Positions 21,137 through 27,374 of a stretch of 52,115 bases of DNA are shown here, piece after piece. The stretch is from an uncultured Myxococcales bacterium (lineage in GTDB: Bacteria > Myxococcota > Kuafuiibacteriia > Kuafuiibacteriales > Kuafuiibacteriaceae). Every line of letters begins with the position of its first letter. The stretch's first letter is position 1. The stretch lies in contig CAYZFR010000002.1 of NCBI GenBank assembly GCA_964477875.1, positions 1 through 52,115 on the forward strand, read 5' to 3'. The notes beneath the pieces were generated by a model. It searched no databases, was not told the origin of the DNA, and saw only the letters and a program-made list of their open reading frames with translations. Both the position numbers and the translations under genes were made by a program.

Positions 21137-21993
21137 GCCGCGCTCGGAGCCACCGTCGCCAGCTCGAGACGCTTTGCCTGCCGGCGGACCAGACTCTGAA
21201 GCTCCACTCGCCCTGCACAGAGCGGAATCGCGTCCATCGCTTCCGAAAGAAGCTCTCTGAGTCGATTCGCCGCGCCGTCGACGCCGAGGCTGCCTACGGC
21301 ACTGGGCCGATCCAAGATGCTGTCCCGCCTGGAGGTCTTGCCGTGCTGCAGGTCGGGCGCGAGGTCTCGAAGGTCGTCTGCTACCTGGTAGGCCTCGCCA
21401 ATCTTGTCGCCGAGCGGACGCCAGGCGCTCGCCGGCTCGCCGGCCGAGATGGCTCCACACTCGGTCGCGGCGCGAAACAGCGCGCCCGTTTTTGCACGGT
21501 GATAAGTTCGTAAGGGCGGGCTCGGCTCGCTCTCCCAAGCCTGCCCCGCCACCAGACCGGCGGGAGCTCCGGCCGCATCGTGAAGAACGGAGAGGACTCC
21601 CATGGCGCCGGGCCGTGAGCCGGACGCGATGACGACGCCAAAGGCCCCGACGATCAGAGCGTCGCCGGCCAAGACGGCGAGGGGTTCACCGAATGCCCGA
21701 TGAACCGAAGCCCGATCTCGGCGAAGGTCCGCGTCGTCGAAACAGGGGAGATCGTCGTGCACCAAGGAAGCGCAGTGGAGCATTTCGATTCCCGCCGCGG
21801 CCGCTCGGGCCAACTCCCCATCGAAGCGCCCGCACGCCGATGACACGGCCAAGCAGAGCTGCGGTCTTACCCGAGCCCCACCCGGGAAGACCGCGTGCCG
21901 AACGGCTGCTCCCAACAAGGGCGGCGAGCCCGCCGAACCGAAGGTCCGCAGCGCCGCCTCGAGCGCTGATTCGATGGTCGTCTGGGCGTCCAC
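21133..21993 (-). CDS. crtE: Geranylgeranyl diphosphate synthase
   Basis: 286 aa with a GTG start. Polyprenyl synthase motifs LVHDDLPCFDDADLRR and YQVADDLRD. Confidence 0.8.
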   Translation of the reverse strand: MDAQTTIESALEAALRTFGSAGSPPLLGAAVRHAVFPGGARVRPQLCLAVSSACGRFDGELARAAAAGIEMLHCASLVHDDLPCFDDADLRRDRASVHRAFGEPLAVLAGDALIVGAFGVVIASGSRPGAMGVLSVLHDAAGAPAGLVAGQAWESEPSPPLRTYHRAKTGALFRAATECGAISAGEPASAWRPLGDKIGEAYQVADDLRDLAPDLQHGKTSRRDSILDRPSAVGSLGVDGAANRLRELLSEAMDAIPLCAGRVELQSLVRRQAKRLELATVAPSAA

Positions 21994-22012
21994 AAGACAG
22001 GGCTATCGCTTA

Positions 22013-22056
22013 TGTCAGACAAACTCAACAGCCTGGAGTGTAGATTTTATCAGACA
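22013..22056. promoter_or_regulatory. Tandem PpsR/CrtJ-type operators (2 x TGT-N12-ACA, 8-bp spacer) upstream of crtE
   Basis: TGTcagacaaactcaACA (22013-22030) and TGTagattttatcagACA (22039-22056) are both perfect, separated by 8 bp. They lie in the 56-nt bchO-crtE spacer, and the second overlaps the bchO stop. Confidence 0.65.
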
Positions 22057-22868
22057 GTCTCAGCCCAACGCCGAGCCTCGCGGAGCCAGGCCACGGCTCG
22101 GGCGGGATTTTCCTCGTGGGCCAGGTGACCGGCGCCGCGCCAACGCTCCAATCGGGCTTTGGGTAAGCGCTCAGCAACGAAGGCCGACTCGTGGGGCGGG
22201 ACGGTTTTGTCGTTTCCTGCGGCCACCAGGAAGGTTGGCGTCGTGATCTCGGGGAGCACGGTCACAAGCGGTCTCAGGTCCCAGTGGGCCATCATGTTCA
22301 GGGCGCCGGCGACATGTCTGGGCTGGGTCAGAAGCCGGCGATAGGCTTCTATCCCGTCGTCGTCGAGGATGGACCCGGTCCGTCGGACCAGGCGACGGAC
22401 GCCCTTCTCGGTCACCAAGCAGCGAGCAACGAACGCTGGAACGCCCATCCTCGAGAGGCAGCGCGCGACCGAGCTCCAAAACAGCGGCCCCCAGCGCCCC
22501 CTGAACGGCAGAAAAGCTCCATTGAGGCCCACCACGACGTCCGGCGCGAGAACCCCAGCAGCGACCATCTGCAGCGAGATGGCGGCGCCCGCCGAGTGAC
22601 CGACCACGACCCTGGGCTCGAATTCGAGCGCCGCCAGCAGCGCGCCCAGCCCGGCCGCCACCGCCGGCAGACTCGGCGCCGGGCTCGGGCCGCTCCGGCC
22701 GTGACCCGGAAGATCGACGGCGATGACCTCATGAGCCTGGGCGAGCTCTGGGAGCATCCCGGACCAGGAATGGGCCGAAGCCCCCGTTCCGTGCACCAAG
22801 AGCAGGGCCGGCCCTTTACCCCGGCGCTCGACGTACCAGTCGACGCCCCCGGCTTCGACCAGGCTCAT
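22050..22868 (-). CDS. bchO: Mg-chelatase-associated alpha/beta hydrolase
   Basis: 272 aa. Contains LLLVHGTGASAHSW and a GHSAG nucleophile elbow. Position after bchD with a 4-nt overlap. Confidence 0.8.
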   Translation of the reverse strand: MSLVEAGGVDWYVERRGKGPALLLVHGTGASAHSWSGMLPELAQAHEVIAVDLPGHGRSGPSPAPSLPAVAAGLGALLAALEFEPRVVVGHSAGAAISLQMVAAGVLAPDVVVGLNGAFLPFRGRWGPLFWSSVARCLSRMGVPAFVARCLVTEKGVRRLVRRTGSILDDDGIEAYRRLLTQPRHVAGALNMMAHWDLRPLVTVLPEITTPTFLVAAGNDKTVPPHESAFVAERLPKARLERWRGAGHLAHEENPARAVAWLREARRWAETV

Positions 22869-24598
22869 GCCCTGACGTCACCGACGGCGGAGGCGATGGC
22901 ATCGGCGTCGAGCCGGGGTAGGAAGATGAGGCGGGCGCCGCAGGCTTCGGCGAGCCGCCGCGCGTCCTCCCTCGGCCGGGGTGAGGTGTCTATCAAGAGC
23001 GCGGGAATGTCTTCGACCCGCAGACCTTCGCCCTGCCGATGTGCGTCCTCCCGAGCTGCAGCGCGGTCTCGCCGGCCGTCGAGTGCGACGTTTGCTCTCG
23101 CGTCGGTCATCAAGACGACCAGAGGCATTCGCCCCCGCCGCCGGGCTTCAGCGGCCAGCTCCCGGGCCAGTCGGAGCGCATCTGCGAGAGGCGTGGGGCC
23201 TCCGCCCGCCAGGCCCGAAAGCTCGCGCTTGGCTCGAGTCAGGGAACGCGTCGGCGGGAGCACCAGCCGGGCAGCATCCCCACGAAAGGCGACGAGGGCG
23301 ACCTGGTCTCGACGCACGTAGCAATCGGCAAGAACACGCTCTACGGCTCCCTTGGCCTCGGCGAGGCGCTGGAGGGCCGAGGATCCGGAAGCGTCGACGA
23401 GGAAGATCGTCAGGGTCTCCGAGCGTTGCTGCCGCCGCTGCACCATGAGGTCTTCGAGACGGAGCTTCGGACCACAGCCCTCCTTTCGCCCGCGAAGCTC
23501 CTGCCAAGGGGCGGCCGTTCGGAGCGTCGCCACCACGTCGACCCTTCGGCCCGGTCCGGGCCGACCGGGCCGAGAGCTGAGTCGGCGCCCTCGACCCCCA
23601 CCCTGAATCTCGGCGCCCTTCTTTCCAGCGCTGCGACCTCGGGTCCGGGCGTTGAGCTCCTCCAAGAGCCCCTGCGGGAGATTCGACTGCAGAATTTCCG
23701 TCAGGACCTCGGCCTCGTCGGCGCTTGGCTTCGGTGGCTCTTGCTCCGGATCGGACTCGGGCGACTCCTCCGAGTCTGCCGTCTGAGGTTCGGGCGGGGT
23801 CTCCGGCTCGGGGGGAGACTCCTGGTTTTCGTCCTGCGCTTCGTCCTGCTCTTCCGGGGCCTCGGGCGCGGGCACTCGCGTCGCGCGAGGGATCAAGACG
23901 ACCCGCAGCGCGAAAGCGAAGTCGGACGCGCACGCCAGCCCCCGCCCATCCAGTGCGGCGCTGGCTTTGGCGACGCGGGCAGCCATCATCGGCGCTCGAA
24001 GCGAGGCGATCCCGAAGGCTTCAGCGGCCTGGCAGCACATCCGGATGAGGTCGGCCTCCAATCCGTCTTCCCCAGGAAGCGGCTCCAGCTCCGCCTCCAC
24101 ATCCGCAACGGCCAGACCCTCGAGATCCACCCGCATCGAGAGGCGCTCGACCAGATTCTCGGAGACGCCCTCCTCCCCCTCTGCGCTCTCGTCGAAGGCC
24201 AGAACCCCCAGCCGCGCCGGTGAACGGAGACTTGCCCCCTCCCGCTCGGTCGCGACCACTCCGTCGTCGAGGACGGCGCACATGTGGCCCACCAGTTCGG
24301 GGGTCATGCGCTCCGCCATTGGGATCTCGAGCACGCGCCCATCCGACTCGGCGAGAAAGCCTCGCTGAGAGACCGGCTTCCCGCTGCGGAGGGTCGCTTC
24401 GAGATCGAGCCCACCGAGCAAGCGGTCGTCCTCGATGTGGAGAGGCATCCGCCGCGCCGGCTCCGAGAGGCGCGCCCCCATCCACGCCCGCCAACGACTT
24501 CGGACCGGTCCCACACGAGCTCGAACCAACACGCCGAGCCGGGGCTGCTCGGCGAAGATCGCCGCCGCTCGAAGCGCATCCTGCCAAGTCGAAATCAC
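22865..24598 (-). CDS. bchD: Mg-chelatase subunit D
   Basis: 577 aa. Degenerate AAA+ N-domain, acidic/Pro-rich linker, and C-terminal vWA domain with MIDAS DASGS. Confidence 0.9.
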   Translation of the reverse strand: MISTWQDALRAAAIFAEQPRLGVLVRARVGPVRSRWRAWMGARLSEPARRMPLHIEDDRLLGGLDLEATLRSGKPVSQRGFLAESDGRVLEIPMAERMTPELVGHMCAVLDDGVVATEREGASLRSPARLGVLAFDESAEGEEGVSENLVERLSMRVDLEGLAVADVEAELEPLPGEDGLEADLIRMCCQAAEAFGIASLRAPMMAARVAKASAALDGRGLACASDFAFALRVVLIPRATRVPAPEAPEEQDEAQDENQESPPEPETPPEPQTADSEESPESDPEQEPPKPSADEAEVLTEILQSNLPQGLLEELNARTRGRSAGKKGAEIQGGGRGRRLSSRPGRPGPGRRVDVVATLRTAAPWQELRGRKEGCGPKLRLEDLMVQRRQQRSETLTIFLVDASGSSALQRLAEAKGAVERVLADCYVRRDQVALVAFRGDAARLVLPPTRSLTRAKRELSGLAGGGPTPLADALRLARELAAEARRRGRMPLVVLMTDARANVALDGRRDRAAAREDAHRQGEGLRVEDIPALLIDTSPRPREDARRLAEACGARLIFLPRLDADAIASAVGDVRA

Positions 24599-25620
24599 GC
24601 GCCGAGAACCTCGCCTACCGCCCGGTCGACTCGAGCCGAAGATCCACCCTCATCCAGGGGATCTCGGCGCAGCCGATGTCGCAGCGCCGAGGGCGCAACG
24701 CGCTTGAGATGATCGATCGTCGCGGTCTGGCTCGACTCCAAAGCGGCCAGGGCTCGAGCCGCGCGGACCAGGGTCAGCTCTCCGCGGAGCCCGTCCGTTC
24801 CCAGCGCGACGCACAGCTCAGCCGCAGAACGAAGCAGCTCCGGCGGTGTCGCGACTTGCTGCAGCCGTCCCCGCGCGCTCCCGAGCTGGTCGCGCAGCCC
24901 CGCCTCGCCTTCAGCCCATGTGCTCAGGAAGCCCTCCGAGTCGGCGTCGAAGGCGTCGCGCCGGCGAATGACTTCCACCCTTTCATCGATGTCGCTCGGC
25001 GTGCGGACCTCGACCGACAGACCGAAGCGATCCAGAAGCTGGGGCCGAAGCTCGCCCTCTTCGGGATTGCCGCTCCCGATGAGCACGAAGCGGGCAGGGT
25101 GGCGTACGCTCAGCCCTTCCCGCTCCACCAGATTCTCGCCCGAAGCCGCAACATCGAGCAGCAGGTCGACGATGTGGTCCTCGAGCAGGTTGACCTCATC
25201 GATATAAAGGAAGCCGCGATGGGCTCTGGCAAGCAGCCCAGGCTGAAAGGCGCGGGTGCCGCTGGTAAGGGCTCTCTCCAGATCGAGGGCGCCGACGACG
25301 CGGTCCTCGGTGGCGCCAAGGGGCAAGTCGACCACAGGCACCGGCGCCGTCTCGGCCTCGAACTCGTCACTGTCATGGAGCGGGCAGGCGGAAGGGCACA
25401 CACGCGCCTTGTTCTCGGGAGCGCAGTGGAAGGGACAGCCCGAAACTTGCTGCATCGGAGGTAAGAGGGCGGCCAGGGCACGGATCGCGGTCGATTTGCC
25501 GGTCCCGCGGTCCCCGAACAGCAGCACCCCCCCGATGCCGGGGTCGACAGCCGCCATCCGCAGGGCTTGCTTCATCTCCGACTGCGCGACGATGGCCGAG
25601 AAAGGGTAAGGAATTCGCAC
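24595..25620 (-). CDS. bchI: Mg-chelatase ATPase subunit I
   Basis: 341 aa. Starts YPFSAIVAQSEMKQAL, has Walker A GDRGTGKST and the ..GFLYIDEVNLLEDHIVD.. segment. Confidence 0.95.
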   Translation of the reverse strand: MRIPYPFSAIVAQSEMKQALRMAAVDPGIGGVLLFGDRGTGKSTAIRALAALLPPMQQVSGCPFHCAPENKARVCPSACPLHDSDEFEAETAPVPVVDLPLGATEDRVVGALDLERALTSGTRAFQPGLLARAHRGFLYIDEVNLLEDHIVDLLLDVAASGENLVEREGLSVRHPARFVLIGSGNPEEGELRPQLLDRFGLSVEVRTPSDIDERVEVIRRRDAFDADSEGFLSTWAEGEAGLRDQLGSARGRLQQVATPPELLRSAAELCVALGTDGLRGELTLVRAARALAALESSQTATIDHLKRVAPSALRHRLRRDPLDEGGSSARVDRAVGEVLGA

Positions 25621-25629
25621 GGCGGCATG

Positions 25630-26568
25630 TCAACCGAAGCGGGCTGACTTGCGCAACGCCTCATGGCCACCGTCGATGAAAGCTTCGAGCTCCGCCGCGA
25701 ACCGGGGCTGGTCGTAGTGGACCAGCGCCCCGGCGTCATAGGCCTGCACCTGCCAATTATCCTGGCCCTCAGCCCACTGCACTTCCGAATAGTCCGAGAA
25801 GTCGCCTTTGGTGCCATGGGCGAGAAAGACTGGACAGGACAGACGTTCGTAAACGGCGCGAATGTCCTTTGAGAAGAGCTTTCCCGACAGGAAGGCGTAC
25901 GGCGCGTGCTGGGCGCCCGCCTGCCGCGCCGACAACCAATCGTACTCGACCATCTCCTCGGGCACGTCCTTGGAGCCAAAGGTTCGGCGGAGAAAGTAGC
26001 GAATGGAGGCCTTCGACGTAAGCAGGTCGAAGATGCCGCGGCTCCAGAGACCGACCGAGAAGAACGCCTCGAAGCCCGGCAGCTCTCGCGTCGAGCCGGG
26101 CTCAATGAGCTTCTCGGCGCCCTTGGAGAAGCCGGTCGGCGTAATGAGGCAAAGGCTCTCCACATCGCGCGCTCGGTCGGATGCCGCACGAGCCGCGAAC
26201 TCGGCGGAGAGGGACAGGGCGACTACGTGGGTGGGGCGTCCAATCTTCGAAAGGGCGGTGTGGATCGCCTCGGTGAACAAAGCTACGTCATAGCGCCGCT
26301 TCGGCTTCGCCGAGTGTCCGAAGCCGGGAAGATCGACGGCCCAGATCTCATGACGAGGCACCAGAGCCTCGAAGAGCGGCTTCATCTCGATGCTGGAGGC
26401 GGCCGCGTTCACGCTGTGGACGAGCAGGACGGCAGGGCCGCTCCCGGCTCGGTAGCAGGCCAGCGCGGGGTCGACATCGTCCCACCATTCGATGGGCGCC
26501 TCGACGGCTGGGGGAAGAGGCGGAGCCATGGGGCACCCTGCCTCGTTTCCGAAGCAGGGGCCAGGCAC
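25630..26568 (-). CDS. Second alpha/beta-fold hydrolase, operonic with bchIDO
   Basis: 312 aa. Contains LLVHSVNAAASS and an ALSLSA nucleophile elbow, with downstream Asp/His candidates (HGTKGDF, LVHYDQP). Ends 9 nt before bchI. Confidence 0.65.
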   Translation of the reverse strand: MPGPCFGNEAGCPMAPPLPPAVEAPIEWWDDVDPALACYRAGSGPAVLLVHSVNAAASSIEMKPLFEALVPRHEIWAVDLPGFGHSAKPKRRYDVALFTEAIHTALSKIGRPTHVVALSLSAEFAARAASDRARDVESLCLITPTGFSKGAEKLIEPGSTRELPGFEAFFSVGLWSRGIFDLLTSKASIRYFLRRTFGSKDVPEEMVEYDWLSARQAGAQHAPYAFLSGKLFSKDIRAVYERLSCPVFLAHGTKGDFSDYSEVQWAEGQDNWQVQAYDAGALVHYDQPRFAAELEAFIDGGHEALRKSARFG

Positions 26569-26583
26569 TCGACCGAGACGGAC

Positions 26584-27054
26584 TCAGCCCTGCATGGGCG
26601 CGTAGCTCAAGCAGTAGCCGTTCGGGTTGACGGGTCCGCTGAACAGCTTGCATCCACCGCAAGCCGACCCGCCCTTGGGCTTGATGTACTGTGCGCAATT
26701 CTTACAGTATTTGCCCTCGTTCGGCGACTTGGCCACGTACTGCAGCGTCTTGCGCATCGACTTCGACTGGTCGTCGACCTTCGACTGGTCACAAGCGATC
26801 TCGCCGCTCTTGCTGTCCTTCTTCTCGGTGTCCGCGGCCGCGGTCTCCGCAGGCTGTGAGCCCGGCTTCTTCTCGGGCATCTTCTCTTTGGACTTTGCCT
26901 CCGCCTTCTCGGTGGCTTCTTTTTTGGCGGCCGGACCGCCGCCGCCGCCCTCGGTGCACGCTAGGAGACTAGGGGCCGCGACGAGGCCGGCGCCCAAAAT
27001 TTGGAGCGTTTGACGTCGTGAGATGATCGGGGTGATGGAGTTGTGGTCGTTCAT
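26584..27054 (-). CDS. High-potential iron-sulfur protein (HiPIP) with Tat signal, lipobox and long flexible linker
   Basis: 156 aa. Twin-arginine SRRQTL, lipobox SLLAC (Cys33), Lys/Glu/Ala/Pro-rich linker (about aa 34-95). HiPIP core is YCKNCAQY..GGCKLFSGPVNPNGYCLSYAP, matching the CxxC..GC.LF.G.VN.NGWC.SW pattern. Confidence 0.8.
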   Translation of the reverse strand: MNDHNSITPIISRRQTLQILGAGLVAAPSLLACTEGGGGGPAAKKEATEKAEAKSKEKMPEKKPGSQPAETAAADTEKKDSKSGEIACDQSKVDDQSKSMRKTLQYVAKSPNEGKYCKNCAQYIKPKGGSACGGCKLFSGPVNPNGYCLSYAPMQG

Positions 27055-27063
27055 GCTTCCTCC

Positions 27064-27083
27064 GCTGTGCTCGCTAGCACAGC
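27064..27083 (-). promoter_or_regulatory. Inverted repeat / RNA hairpin abutting the HiPIP ribosome-binding site
   Basis: GCTGTGCT-cgct-AGCACAGC, an 8-bp stem containing TGT-N10-ACA. On the minus strand GGAGGAAGC-ATG follows directly. Confidence 0.35.
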
Positions 27084-27104
27084 AGAGACGCCCGCGACAC
27101 TACT

Positions 27105-27371
27105 TCAAGCCGTTTTTTTCGTTCGTACTCTGCTTCGCAGATCGAAGAGGTGTGCTGGAAGCGAAAGGGTCAAGAAGAGGGCCGAAAAGCGCCAGTCCCA
27201 CCCAGCGAGGGCGCTCCGCAGCGCCAACATCAGGAAGGCCCCTGCTGCGAGGTTCATGACGGCGGCTCGCCCCTGGGGCCCTGGCCACAGCCACAGAAGT
27301 CCCACCGCCTCCAAGAACACCAGGACCAGGATCGCGTCGATGGCTCGCCCGCTCGCGACCCAATCTGCCAT
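27105..27371 (-). CDS. Small hypothetical membrane protein (3 predicted TM helices)
   Basis: 88 aa. Starts 3 nt after the MFS::bchP stop. Hydrophobic segments ILVLVFLEAVGLLWLW, VMNLAAGAFLMLAL and FSALFLTLSL. No family recognised. Confidence 0.45.
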   Translation of the reverse strand: MADWVASGRAIDAILVLVFLEAVGLLWLWPGPQGRAAVMNLAAGAFLMLALRSALAGWDWRFSALFLTLSLPAHLFDLRSRVRTKKTA

Positions 27372-27374
27372 GCG

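Noticed and set aside
21137-21538. 134-aa N-terminal extension of the crtF ORF
   Set aside because: It overlaps crtE out of frame, is extremely Arg-rich and lacks methyltransferase similarity. A TTG at 21136 overlapping the crtE stop fits the cluster-wide coupling pattern.
23711-23872. Acidic/Pro-rich low-complexity stretch in bchD (possible insertion or frameshift)
   Set aside because: An acidic proline-rich linker between the AAA+ and vWA domains is a normal feature of Mg-chelatase D subunits. The frame is continuous.
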